From Flavobacteriaceae bacterium (lineage in GTDB: Bacteria; Bacteroidota; Bacteroidia; Flavobacteriales; Flavobacteriaceae), in the NCBI GenBank assembly GCA_038129785.1, contig JAYPMF010000006.1, forward strand, positions 1 through 33,258: a stretch of 33,258 bases of DNA, in the 5' to 3' direction. Both the position numbers and the translations under genes were made by a program. The stretch's first letter is position 1. Each line of letters starts with the position of its first letter. This document shows positions 8,915 to 18,584 of this stretch, in pieces. The notes under the pieces were generated by a model. The model made no database searches and was not told the DNA's origin. It saw only the letters and a program-made list of their open reading frames with translations.

Positions 8915-8952
8915 CAACCATTTTACATAAAAATTATTGAAATAATATTGGC

Positions 8953-9222
8953 ATGTATTTAAACAAAAAAGTTAAAGAAGGGATTTTTAAAAAACATGGA
9001 AAATCCGATAAAGATACGGGCTCTGCTGAGGGCCAGATTGCCCTTTTCTCCCATAGAATCAATCACCTTTCAAACCATCTCAAAAAAAATCAAAAGGATT
9101 TCAATACAGAGCGATCTTTAGTTAAATTGGTTGGAAAGCGTCGTCACCTTTTAGATTATCTAAAAAAAAAGGATATCGAACGTTATCGATCTATCGTCAA
9201 ATTATTGGGGTTAAGAAAATAA
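8953..9222 (+). CDS. rpsO: 30S ribosomal protein S15
   Basis: 89 aa. 'TGSAEGQIALFSHRINHLSNHLKKNQKD' and 'RSLVKLVGKRRHLLDYL' fit the S15 pattern, and pnp lies downstream as in many bacteria. Confidence 0.95.
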   Translation: MYLNKKVKEGIFKKHGKSDKDTGSAEGQIALFSHRINHLSNHLKKNQKDFNTERSLVKLVGKRRHLLDYLKKKDIERYRSIVKLLGLRK

Positions 9223-9267
9223 TCTTAGTTCTATTAAAAGCCTAACTATTTACTGAATCTGTTTTTC

Positions 9268-9309
9268 GTTGGTTGCTGCAACACACAACAAAATTAATTT
9301 ACAACCAAC
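9268..9309 (+). promoter_or_regulatory. Stem-loop in the rpsO-pnp intergenic region / pnp 5' leader
   Basis: gttggttg (9268-9275) is the perfect reverse complement of caaccaac (9302-9309). The 26-nt loop contains two further CAAC motifs, and an A8 tract leads into ATG 9318. Confidence 0.3.
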
Positions 9310-9317
9310 AAAAAAAA

Positions 9318-11450
9318 ATGAAACCTAAAACTTTTACCCAAGAAATTCGTCTTGAAGACGGGAGGACTATTACCATAGAAACTGGTAAATTAGCCAAACA
9401 GGCACACGGCTCAGTTGTAGTAAAGATGGGAAACTGTATGCTTTTGTGTACCGTAGTTTCCAATTACAACTCCGGCCATGTAGACTTTTTGCCTCTTACG
9501 GTAGATTATCGTGAGAAATTTGCTGCCGCAGGAAGATATCCCGGTGGATTTTTCAAAAGAGAAGCAAGACCCAGCGATGGGGAAATTTTAACCATGAGGA
9601 TCGTAGACCGTGTTTTGCGACCTCTGTTTCCAAAAGATTACCATAATGAGGTACAGGTGATGATTCAGTTGATGTCTCATGATGAAAACGTTATGCCCGA
9701 CGCCCTAGCTGGATTGGCAGCATCTGCCGCCATTCAATTGAGTGATTTCCCTTTTGAATGTCCTATTTCCGAAGCGAGGGTTGCCCGAGTGGATGGTAAA
9801 TTTATAATCAATCCAAGTCGAGCTCAATTAGAAGCTTCGGACATTGATATGATCGTGGGTGCCTCTGCAGACTCAGTGATGATGGTAGAGGGCGAAATGA
9901 ATGAATTTAGCGAGGAAGAAATGTTAGAAGCCATCAAGTTTGCTCACGAAGCTATCAAAGTTCAAATTGATGCACAAATTAAATTGGCAGAAACTTTCGG
10001 CAAAAAAGAGGTCCGCGAGTACGAGAAAACCGAGGAGAATGAAGACCTCCAAAAGCAAATTCATCAGTCTGCTTACCATAAGTGTTATGAAATTGCCAAA
10101 AAAGGTACAAGTAAAGCCGAGCGCAGTATTGCATTTAGTGATTTAAAGGAAGAAATTAAAGCTACTTTTTCGGAAGAAGAACTCGAAGAAAATGGTGATT
10201 TGGTCAGCAAATACTTTGGCAAAGCCCAAAAAGAAGCAGTCAGAGAATTAGTTTTGAGTGAAGGGATACGTCTTGATGGAAGAAAAACAGATGAAATTAG
10301 ACCGATATGGTGTGAAGTAGATTATCTACCTTCAACCCACGGCTCCTCAATATTCACTCGCGGCGAGACTCAAGCTTTAGCAACAGTTACTTTGGGAACA
10401 TCAAGAGAAGCGAACCAGATTGACATGCCTTCTTACGAAGGTGAGGAGCGATTTTACTTGCACTACAACTTCCCACCTTTTTGCACTGGTGAAGCCCGTC
10501 CTCTTAGAGGAACTTCCAGGCGCGAAGTGGGGCATGGAAACTTGGCCCAAAGAGGTTTAAAAGGTATGATTCCAGAGGATTGCCCATATACTGTCAGGGT
10601 AGTAAGTGAGGTTTTGGAATCTAATGGTTCATCATCGATGGCAACCGTTTGTTCTGGCACTATGGCCTTGATGGATGCTGGAATAAAAATGAAAAGACCG
10701 GTTTCGGGTATTGCTATGGGATTGATTTCTGATGGTGATCGTTATGCTGTTTTGAGTGATATTCTTGGAGATGAAGATCATCTTGGGGATATGGATTTTA
10801 AAGTTACTGGAACAACTGAGGGTATTACTGCTTGTCAAATGGATATCAAAATCAAAGGCTTGTCCTATGAAATTTTGGTTAATGCCCTAAAACAAGCCCG
10901 TGAAGGTCGATTACACATACTTGATGAAATAATCAAAACCATCGATCAGCCCAATGAAAGTGTAAAAGCACACGCACCTAAAATGGTAAATCTTACCATT
11001 CCTAATGAATTCATTGGTGCTGTAATTGGACCTGGTGGTAAAGTAATTCAGGAAATGCAAAAAGAAACTGACACCACTATTGTAATTGAAGAGGAAGGAG
11101 ATGTTGGGGTAATTGAAATTTTGGGTGTTAATCAGGAAAAAATTGATGCTGTCATCGAAAAGATCAACAATATTACATTCAAACCAACAGCCGGAGAGAT
11201 TTATAATGTAACTGTAGTTAAAATATTAGACTTTGGAGCAGTAGTTGAATTTGTTCCTGGAAATGAGGTATTACTTCATATCTCGGAGGTCTCTTGGGAT
11301 AGGATTGATAAAGTTACTGATGAGATTAATATTGGTGACAATTTTGATGTTAAATACTTTGGAATTGACCCCAAAACAAGAAAACAAAAAGTTTCTAGAA
11401 AAGCCTTATTACCAAGACCCGAAAGGAGTAAAAAACCCAGAAATGAATAA
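9318..11450 (+). CDS. pnp: Polyribonucleotide nucleotidyltransferase (PNPase)
   Basis: Two RNase PH domains ('[15 protein letters not shown]', '[19 protein letters not shown]', '[13 protein letters not shown]'), a KH domain ('[17 protein letters not shown]') and an S1 domain ('[20 protein letters not shown]'). The ORF track opens at TTG 9273; ATG 9318 (MKPKTF) gives the canonical N-terminus. Confidence 0.95.
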   Translation: MKPKTFTQEIRLEDGRTITIETGKLAKQAHGSVVVKMGNCMLLCTVVSNYNSGHVDFLPLTVDYREKFAAAGRYPGGFFKREARPSDGEILTMRIVDRVLRPLFPKDYHNEVQVMIQLMSHDENVMPDALAGLAASAAIQLSDFPFECPISEARVARVDGKFIINPSRAQLEASDIDMIVGASADSVMMVEGEMNEFSEEEMLEAIKFAHEAIKVQIDAQIKLAETFGKKEVREYEKTEENEDLQKQIHQSAYHKCYEIAKKGTSKAERSIAFSDLKEEIKATFSEEELEENGDLVSKYFGKAQKEAVRELVLSEGIRLDGRKTDEIRPIWCEVDYLPSTHGSSIFTRGETQALATVTLGTSREANQIDMPSYEGEERFYLHYNFPPFCTGEARPLRGTSRREVGHGNLAQRGLKGMIPEDCPYTVRVVSEVLESNGSSSMATVCSGTMALMDAGIKMKRPVSGIAMGLISDGDRYAVLSDILGDEDHLGDMDFKVTGTTEGITACQMDIKIKGLSYEILVNALKQAREGRLHILDEIIKTIDQPNESVKAHAPKMVNLTIPNEFIGAVIGPGGKVIQEMQKETDTTIVIEEEGDVGVIEILGVNQEKIDAVIEKINNITFKPTAGEIYNVTVVKILDFGAVVEFVPGNEVLLHISEVSWDRIDKVTDEINIGDNFDVKYFGIDPKTRKQKVSRKALLPRPERSKKPRNE

Positions 11451-11516
11451 ATCGTGCATTGAATGAAACATTTTTGACTTTTCAACGTATAATAATATGT
11501 AATCTAATACATTTCC

Positions 11517-12380
11517 ATGAGACAACTTAAAATAACAAAACAGGTAACCAATCGTGAAACAGCCTCCTTAGATAAGTATCTACAGGAAATTGGTAAAGTA
11601 GATTTAATCACTGCAGAAGAGGAGGTTGAATTGGCACAAAGAATTAAGGCGGGGGATCAGATCGCCTTGGAAAAATTGACTAAAGCCAATTTACGTTTTG
11701 TTGTCTCCGTTGCTAAACAATATCAAAACCAAGGCTTAACCCTTCCCGATTTGATCAATGAAGGAAATTTAGGGTTGATTAAAGCGGCCCAGCGTTTTGA
11801 TGAAACTAGAGGATTTAAATTTATTTCTTATGCTGTTTGGTGGATCAGACAGTCTATTTTACAAGCCTTAGCAGAACAATCGAGAATTGTCAGACTGCCA
11901 TTAAATAAAATTGGTTCGATCAACAAGATTAATAAAACTTATGCTTTTTTGGAGCAAGCGCATGAGAGAGCACCCTCTGCAGAGGAGATTGCTAAAGAGT
12001 TGGATATGACCATCAATGACGTGAAAGAGTCCCTAAAAAACTCGGGTAGACATGTCTCTATGGATGCTCCTTTAGTAGAAGGAGAGGACTCTAACCTTTA
12101 CGATGTATTAAATAGTGGTGAATCACCTAACCCTGACAAAACACTTTTACACGAATCCTTAAGAACTGAGATCGAAAGAGCCCTTGAAACATTGACACCA
12201 AGAGAGGCAGATGTGGTTCGCTTGTATTTTGGTTTAGGCAACCAACACGCCATGACTTTGGAGGAAATAGGAGAAACTTTTGATCTGACTCGTGAAAGAG
12301 TAAGGCAAATCAAAGAAAAAGCCATCAGAAGGCTAAAACATACCTCTCGAAGTAAAATTTTAAAAACTTACTTGGGTTAA
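11517..12380 (+). CDS. rpoD: Primary RNA polymerase sigma-70 factor (Bacteroidota-type, no region 1.1)
   Basis: Region 2 '[37 protein letters not shown]' and region 4.2 '[27 protein letters not shown]'; 287 aa. Confidence 0.93.
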   Translation: MRQLKITKQVTNRETASLDKYLQEIGKVDLITAEEEVELAQRIKAGDQIALEKLTKANLRFVVSVAKQYQNQGLTLPDLINEGNLGLIKAAQRFDETRGFKFISYAVWWIRQSILQALAEQSRIVRLPLNKIGSINKINKTYAFLEQAHERAPSAEEIAKELDMTINDVKESLKNSGRHVSMDAPLVEGEDSNLYDVLNSGESPNPDKTLLHESLRTEIERALETLTPREADVVRLYFGLGNQHAMTLEEIGETFDLTRERVRQIKEKAIRRLKHTSRSKILKTYLG

Positions 12381-12395
12381 ATTGAATTATTCATT

Positions 12396-13049
12396 ATGGC
12401 AACCATCATTGCTCCCTCGCTTTTAGCAGCAGATTTTGGAAATCTAGAACGCGACTGCAAGATGGTCAATTCCAGTGAGGCGGATTGGTTCCATATTGAC
12501 GTAATGGACGGGGTATTTGTTCCTAATATATCTTTTGGTATGCCAGTCCTTAAATCCATTGCTATTAATGCTGAAAAACCCCTGGACGTCCATTTAATGA
12601 TTGTTCAACCAGAGCGCTACATTGAAACTTTTGCGGCATTGGGAAGTGACATACTGACCGTCCATTATGAAGCCTCTACACATTTACACCGAACCTTACA
12701 ATTAATCAAAAAAAATGGTATGAAAGCAGGTGTTGCATTAAATCCTCATACCTCAGTAGATTTTCTGGAACCAATTATAGATGAGATTGACTTGGTTTGT
12801 TTGATGAGTGTCAATCCTGGCTTTGGAGGACAAAGTTTTATAGAATCAACTTACGAAAAGGTAATAAAACTCAGCACCATTATTGAGAAGGCCAAAGTCT
12901 CAACCCAGATTGAAATTGATGGGGGCGTGACAGATCAAAATGCAAAAAAACTGATAGAAAGTGGCGCTCATGTCTTAGTGGCAGGGAGTTTTGTCTTCTC
13001 CTCTAAAAACCCTAAAGAAACTATTCTAGGTTTAAAAAACATACATTAA
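12396..13049 (+). CDS. rpe: Ribulose-phosphate 3-epimerase
   Basis: Motifs 'WFHIDVMDGVFVPNISFG', 'DVHLMI', 'MSVNPGFGGQSF' and 'IEIDGGV'; 217 aa. Confidence 0.93.
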   Translation: MATIIAPSLLAADFGNLERDCKMVNSSEADWFHIDVMDGVFVPNISFGMPVLKSIAINAEKPLDVHLMIVQPERYIETFAALGSDILTVHYEASTHLHRTLQLIKKNGMKAGVALNPHTSVDFLEPIIDEIDLVCLMSVNPGFGGQSFIESTYEKVIKLSTIIEKAKVSTQIEIDGGVTDQNAKKLIESGAHVLVAGSFVFSSKNPKETILGLKNIH

Positions 13050-13050
13050 A

Positions 13051-13073
13051 AAAGAGGCTTTCGATCCCTTTTT
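13051..13073. terminator. Weak bidirectional hairpin between the convergent rpe and ompA-family genes
   Basis: aaagagg (13051-13057) can pair with cctttttt-side bases 13067-13073, giving 7 bp with one G-U and only two G-C pairs and a 9-nt loop. It is flanked by an A-run on one side and a T-run on the other. It is the only structure in the 30-nt gap. Confidence 0.3.
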
Positions 13074-13079
13074 AATTCA

Positions 13080-14399
13080 TTAAAATTCTGTTCTGAATTG
13101 GACCCTTCTGTTCTTGGCTCGACCTTCGATAGTTTCGTTGTCATCTATGGGTCTTTCCTCCCCATAACCTTCGGTTTTTAGTCGATCGGGATTTACACCC
13201 AAATTGACCAAGAATACCTTTACAGCAGCAGCTCTCCTTTGAGAAAGTTGAAGATTTGCATTAGCATCTCCATCACTTGAGGTATGTCCTTCAATAATTA
13301 AATTCCCATCTGGATTATTATCAAGAAGTATTTTTATTTCGTTCAATGACTCTAAAACTACTCTTCCTTGGACTCTGTCGGTTCCTGCAGCAAAGTTTAT
13401 TTGAGTAGCCAATTCATTTATAGTTTGAACCACCTCATTAGAGAGTTCAGGGCACCCATTATTTTCTATGGAACCAGCCTCTTCAGGGCAGGTATCAATA
13501 TTATCAGATACTCCATCCCCATCACTATCTGCCCAGGGGCAACCTTTATTTTCCAATGCACCTGGTTCATTGGGACATTGATCATCTTTATCAGCAACAC
13601 CGTCAGTATCAGCATCGGGACATCCATTAAATTCAACCAAACCTTCTTCCTCAGGACATTCATCCTCATTGTCCGCAACACCATCTGAATCCGAATCAGG
13701 ACAGCCGTTCATAATTTCGGTACCGAACTCATCAGGACAGTTATCCTTGTTATCTGGAATTTTATCACCATCGGTATCAGGGCATCCATTGAACTCTTTT
13801 AAACCAGGCTCTTCAGGACAGGTATCTTTTTTGTCTGGTACTCCATCTTTATCCGAATCACCTTGACCGAAATTATAATTTATACCAACCATATGCTGGA
13901 TATGTTTATATGTCCCTTTCTCCTCTGACCATCTATATGTAGACCTAAGGTTAATAGATAATTTATTAGAGGTTAAAATATCAAACCCAGCACCTCCAAT
14001 TATTGTTCTGCCAGCCCCCAATGATTTAAATACACCTTCAAAAGTTAATTTATCTCCAAAATCAGATAACCCATAACCTGCAATTAGAAAAGGAGAGAAC
14101 TTTTTTGTTGTCAGATTGAATTTTAAATAGGTATCTACTGAAGTATAATCTTTGTCACTTCCATTAATCTCAAATTTATTAATTCCATAGTTGGCCCCAA
14201 TTGAAAATCCTGCTCCTAAATACCTACCTAGATAAACCATTGGACCAAATCCATTTTTTGATTCTATTGACTCATCCATGATTTGAACAGTATTAGCACC
14301 AATACCAATTGACCAAGGATTATCTGGAGTTTGAGCAATAATATTTTTCGAAAACAAAAAAACAATCAGAATTATTTTAATAGGAATTAAACTTTTCAT
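13080..14399 (-). CDS. OmpA-family outer-membrane protein with thrombospondin type-3-like repeats
   Basis: Signal peptide '[15 protein letters not shown]' and an N-terminal beta-barrel region, followed by five Asp/Cys-rich repeats. The C-terminal OmpA peptidoglycan-binding domain has '[30 protein letters not shown]', 'GYGEERPI' and 'NRRVQF'. Confidence 0.88.
   Translation of the reverse strand: MKSLIPIKIILIVFLFSKNIIAQTPDNPWSIGIGANTVQIMDESIESKNGFGPMVYLGRYLGAGFSIGANYGINKFEINGSDKDYTSVDTYLKFNLTTKKFSPFLIAGYGLSDFGDKLTFEGVFKSLGAGRTIIGGAGFDILTSNKLSINLRSTYRWSEEKGTYKHIQHMVGINYNFGQGDSDKDGVPDKKDTCPEEPGLKEFNGCPDTDGDKIPDNKDNCPDEFGTEIMNGCPDSDSDGVADNEDECPEEEGLVEFNGCPDADTDGVADKDDQCPNEPGALENKGCPWADSDGDGVSDNIDTCPEEAGSIENNGCPELSNEVVQTINELATQINFAAGTDRVQGRVVLESLNEIKILLDNNPDGNLIIEGHTSSDGDANANLQLSQRRAAAVKVFLVNLGVNPDRLKTEGYGEERPIDDNETIEGRAKNRRVQFRTEF
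13449..13859 (-). repeat. Five tandem ~27-aa (81-nt) thrombospondin type-3-like Ca-binding repeats within the OmpA-family gene
   Basis: Protein residues 181-317 carry [92 protein letters not shown] and [24 protein letters not shown]. Confidence 0.88.
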
Positions 14400-14502
14400 A
14401 AGAAATATGTTAAGATCTTTAATTTGTTAACGAATTTCACATGGTTTTATTATATGTATTAAGATAATAACGATAATATATTGATTACATGGTAACAAAA
14501 TA

Positions 14503-16296
14503 TTATCTATTAAAATTTAAAGCAGTATCAATCAAAGCTAAATGTGAATATGCTTGTGGAAAGTTTCCTAAAAGTCTTTTCGATTTAAAATCAATATCTT
14601 CACTAAATAAGCCTAAGTGATTACTGTATGATAGCAACTGATCGAACATAGCTTTTGATTTTTCCTTCTCCCCAATTTTATACAAACTACTGATAAACCA
14701 GAAGGTACAAACTGTAAATGATGAGCTAGGGGTTCCAAAATCGTCATCATTTTTGTATCGAAATAATAACCCTTCATGAGACAGCTCCTTTTCAATGGCC
14801 TTGACTGTTTTGACATACTTTGGATCATTGGCCTCAATAAAACCATAGGGTTCCATGAGTAGTACAGACGCGTCCACGTGCTGAGTTCCATAGGACTGTG
14901 TAAAAGATTGAACCTCATCATTCCATGCATTTTCAATAATATCATTATAAATTTCAGTTCTTAGTCCTTCCCATTTTTTTGCAGATTTTCCAGATTGAAT
15001 AATTTCAGAGATTTTAATGGCTCGATCCACCGCTACCCAACATAGAAGTTTGGAAAAGGTAAAATGACGGTCCTCTTTTCTAAATTCCCAAATACCTTTA
15101 TCGGCTTGTTTCCAATTGTGTTCAACAACCCAAACTATAGATTTTACAATTGACCATAACTCCTCGTGCTTGTCGGTTTCATCAATGTATTTTTCAATAT
15201 GAAAATGAATGGCGTCCATCAAAATTCCATAAATATCGTTTTGTTTTTGGATAAAGGCTGCATTACCTATTCTTACTGGCTTAGAGGCTCGATAGCCCGA
15301 CAAATGATCCAATGTTTTTTCGGTCAACATTTTCTCACCATTGATGCCATACATGATCTGTAACTTTTCGTCCTTGTCAGGAATCAGATCAATGATAAAT
15401 TCAATAAAGTTTTTTACGATTTTTAAGTGTCCCAATTTAGTTATGACCTTAATCACCATAGATGCATCTCTGATCCAGCAAAAACGGTAGTCCCAGTTTC
15501 TAACCTCCCCTATCGTTTCAGGTAAAGATGTGGTAGCAGCTGCCAGCACTGCTCCGGTTTTTTCAAAAGTGAGTAGTTTGAGTGTTATGGCACTTCTGAT
15601 AATTTGTTCTTCATAAGCATTATCAAAATTAGGGGTCTTAAAGCACCAATTAAGCCAATAAACTTTTGTTTTTTCAAACTCAAATTTGATGTCATCTATT
15701 GTAATAGGTTTTATTTTTTCATTGTACGATATTTTGAAGAAATAATCCTTATCTAAGTTTATTTTATCTCCATTGAGAACAGAGGCTTTATTCAGATCTG
15801 TGTACAAGGTTAAAGTATCATAACGTTCGTCATCTACAACACTAACTATATAATCGTCTTTTATATAGTTTTTGGTTTCACCCTGAGCATATTCCAACTT
15901 AGGATCATATATCACTTTTATGACGGGATTACCTCTTATTATTTTGACCAATCTAGTGATCTCAGGTGGCGCATAATATACCCCATTATCTTTTTGATAA
16001 CGAGGCATAAAATCTAACAATTGAAACACATCGGTTCCATTATCAAAGCGAGTCAATAAAATGGCAGTTTTTTCAAGGTATTTTTGAGAAATTTGATAAG
16101 ATTGATCGCAAACTATTTTAAAAGCACCTCCTTTTTGGTCATCGAGTATTTTCCCAAATACAGATGGAGAATCAAATTGAGGTAAACAAGACCAATCAAT
16201 TGAGGAATCTTCATTTATAAGGGCAGAAGATTTACAATTTCCTATTATTCCATAATTTAGGTTGTCTGATGAAGGTTGAGGTGGCCTTAAATGCAT
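14503..16296 (-). CDS. Glycoside hydrolase family 15 protein (glucoamylase/trehalase family; trehalase plausible)
   Basis: N-terminal 'NYGIIGNCKSSALI' and the catalytic-region motif 'SLPETIGEVRNWDYRFCWIRDAS', with an (alpha/alpha)6-like C-terminal half. It is divergent from the trehalose synthesis gene. Confidence 0.85.
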   Translation of the reverse strand: MHLRPPQPSSDNLNYGIIGNCKSSALINEDSSIDWSCLPQFDSPSVFGKILDDQKGGAFKIVCDQSYQISQKYLEKTAILLTRFDNGTDVFQLLDFMPRYQKDNGVYYAPPEITRLVKIIRGNPVIKVIYDPKLEYAQGETKNYIKDDYIVSVVDDERYDTLTLYTDLNKASVLNGDKINLDKDYFFKISYNEKIKPITIDDIKFEFEKTKVYWLNWCFKTPNFDNAYEEQIIRSAITLKLLTFEKTGAVLAAATTSLPETIGEVRNWDYRFCWIRDASMVIKVITKLGHLKIVKNFIEFIIDLIPDKDEKLQIMYGINGEKMLTEKTLDHLSGYRASKPVRIGNAAFIQKQNDIYGILMDAIHFHIEKYIDETDKHEELWSIVKSIVWVVEHNWKQADKGIWEFRKEDRHFTFSKLLCWVAVDRAIKISEIIQSGKSAKKWEGLRTEIYNDIIENAWNDEVQSFTQSYGTQHVDASVLLMEPYGFIEANDPKYVKTVKAIEKELSHEGLLFRYKNDDDFGTPSSSFTVCTFWFISSLYKIGEKEKSKAMFDQLLSYSNHLGLFSEDIDFKSKRLLGNFPQAYSHLALIDTALNFNR

Positions 16297-16328
16297 AATT
16301 TCGATAGTAGTTTTGATTTAAAAGGATT

Positions 16329-18533
16329 ATGGCAAAAAACATTATAGTATCAAATAGACTTCCGATACAGGTAACTAAATTAGATAATTCTTTTGAATTC
16401 ACCCCTACCAGTGGTGGCTTAGCTACAGGCATGAACTCCGTCCACAAGGGTCAAGAATCACTTTGGATAGGTTGGCCAGGAATCAATCATGATGAAATTG
16501 ATAAAAACACATGGGATCCATTAAAAAAATCTCTAAAAAGGGAGGGTTATTTTCCAGTATCCTTAAATGATAAGGAAATTGAAGATTTCTATTATGGGCT
16601 GTCGAACAAGTCACTTTGGCCTCTTTTTCATTACTTTATCGAGTTTTCTGTTTTTGATAAGAAGCAGTGGAAGTCTTATGAGGAGGTCAACCAAAAGTTT
16701 GCAGATAGTGTATTATCAAATATAGAGGAAGGGGATACTGTTTGGATTCACGATTATCAACTTTTACTATGTCCAAAAATGATCAAAGATGTTCGTCCTG
16801 ACGTAACCATTGGTTTTTTCTTACACATTCCATTCCCTTCTTTTGAGATTTTTAGAATTTTTCCTTGGCGAGAACCTTTGCTTGAAGGAATTTTGGGGGC
16901 TGACTTGATAGGGTTTCACACCTACGATTATGAGCGTCATTTTTTGAGTTCAGTCAAGCGTATATTGAAAAAAGAAGTCTCTTTCAACCGGGTAATCATG
17001 GATACTCGAGAGGTTGTGGTGAATACCTTTCCAATGGGCATAGATTATAATAAATTTAAAAATGCAGCCCAATCACACCTTGATATGGCTGCAGATGAAA
17101 AATCGGATTTGAAAAAGCAATTGGAATTACATAAAAAAGGAGCCGATAAGGGCAAACTAATCCTTTCTATAGACCGACTGGATTATACCAAAGGAGTGGT
17201 CAACCGCATTAAAGCTTTTGAACTGTTTTTATCTAAATACCCCCAATACCTTGAAAAAATTCGTTTGGTTATGCTCACAGTTCCCTCCAGATCAAGTGTC
17301 TCGGACTATAAAAGACTCAAAAAAGAAACCGATGAAATAGTCGGACGGGTCAATGGAAGGTTTGCTACTGTAAATTGGACCCCTATTTGGTACTATTATA
17401 GGGCAATGGATTTCGATGATTTGGTTGATCTTTACATGACCTCAGATATCGCTATGATAACTCCCGTTAGGGACGGCATGAATTTAGTTGCTAAAGAATT
17501 TGTTGCTACTCGAGTTATGGGAAATGGTGTTTTGATTCTAAGTGAAATGGCTGGAGCCTCCAAAGAACTTTATGAGTCGATATTGGTAAATCCTTTTGAC
17601 CTCAACCAAATGTCTGATGCATTATTAACCGCCATTCAAATGCCTGAGGAAGAACAACAAAAAAGAAACCTGAGGATGCAAAAAAGGCTACAACGCTATT
17701 CCGTAGAGTATTGGGCCAATGAGTTTATGAAAGCACTCAAAACCAAACATCAAAATGAAAAAGAATCTTCTGTAATCAAAATTAATGAAAAAATTAAGAA
17801 ATCATTGGTTGAAAAATTTAAGTCTGCTCATAAAAGAATGATCTTTTTGGACTATGACGGAACACTGGTTGGCTATAATGAAAAACCTGAACTGGCTACA
17901 CCTAACGAGTTTGTAATTAAAACATTGGAGCAACTCCTTGAATTTCCATTGACTGAATTGGCAATAGTAAGCGGAAGAGACCACAAGTTTTTAGACCAAT
18001 GGTTTGGTCACCTCCCAGTCACTTTAGTTGCAGAGCATGGTTTTTTGATCAAGCACAAAAATCAAAAATGGGTGGAAAAAGAAATACAGCTTAAAAACTG
18101 GAAAGGAGACATTATTCCTGTAATGGAAAGCTTTACTGACAGAACACCAGGAACTTTTATCGAGGAGAAAAAAAATAGTTTGGTATGGCACTATCGTAAA
18201 ACCGATCCGGAATTGGCAGCCGAACGAACTATAGAACTTAAAACGGTTCTTAGCAGTTTAATTTCTGATGAGCTTAATCTCATGGACGGAGATAAAATTA
18301 TTGAGGTGGTTAGTGGACGATACAATAAAGGGACTGCTGTTTCTGAAATAATGGGTGATAAAGCATCCGACTTTATTCTCTGTTTCGGAGATGATGTCAC
18401 CGATGAATTTATGTTCAATGACCTTCCTGCTCACTCTATCAATGTTAAAGTGGGTAAAAAAAATACCCAAGCCAATTATTGTATAGACAAGCCACGTGAT
18501 GTTATATCACTTTTGAATGCTTTAACCGCTTAG
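16329..18533 (+). CDS. otsAB: Bifunctional trehalose-6-phosphate synthase (GT20) / trehalose-6-phosphate phosphatase (HAD) fusion
   Basis: GT20 motifs 'IIVSNRLP', 'VWIHDYQLLLCP', 'IGFFLHIPFPS' and 'RDGMNLVAKEF'. C-terminal HAD motifs 'IFLDYDGTLV', 'GRYNKGTAV' and 'CFGDDVTDEFMF'. Confidence 0.9.
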   Translation: MAKNIIVSNRLPIQVTKLDNSFEFTPTSGGLATGMNSVHKGQESLWIGWPGINHDEIDKNTWDPLKKSLKREGYFPVSLNDKEIEDFYYGLSNKSLWPLFHYFIEFSVFDKKQWKSYEEVNQKFADSVLSNIEEGDTVWIHDYQLLLCPKMIKDVRPDVTIGFFLHIPFPSFEIFRIFPWREPLLEGILGADLIGFHTYDYERHFLSSVKRILKKEVSFNRVIMDTREVVVNTFPMGIDYNKFKNAAQSHLDMAADEKSDLKKQLELHKKGADKGKLILSIDRLDYTKGVVNRIKAFELFLSKYPQYLEKIRLVMLTVPSRSSVSDYKRLKKETDEIVGRVNGRFATVNWTPIWYYYRAMDFDDLVDLYMTSDIAMITPVRDGMNLVAKEFVATRVMGNGVLILSEMAGASKELYESILVNPFDLNQMSDALLTAIQMPEEEQQKRNLRMQKRLQRYSVEYWANEFMKALKTKHQNEKESSVIKINEKIKKSLVEKFKSAHKRMIFLDYDGTLVGYNEKPELATPNEFVIKTLEQLLEFPLTELAIVSGRDHKFLDQWFGHLPVTLVAEHGFLIKHKNQKWVEKEIQLKNWKGDIIPVMESFTDRTPGTFIEEKKNSLVWHYRKTDPELAAERTIELKTVLSSLISDELNLMDGDKIIEVVSGRYNKGTAVSEIMGDKASDFILCFGDDVTDEFMFNDLPAHSINVKVGKKNTQANYCIDKPRDVISLLNALTA

Positions 18534-18584
18534 CTTAGCAAGCTTTATTTGTTTTATCAAAAGAAGATTCATAATTTAACAATT

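Noticed and set aside
10463-10838. Minus-strand ORFs inside pnp, plus the alternative-frame ORF 9940-10146 and the ORFs near 11245-11485
   Set aside because: They are embedded in or overlap the strongly supported PNPase gene and have no motifs.
13368-13866. Plus-strand ORFs of 106 and 65 aa and a minus-strand alternative-frame ORF across the OmpA repeat region
   Set aside because: They are artefacts of the repetitive GAT/GAC-rich TSP3 coding sequence, which keeps the other frames open.
14613-14945. 110-aa same-strand alternative-frame ORF inside GH15
   Set aside because: It has no motif, and the GH15 frame carries the family signatures across this region.
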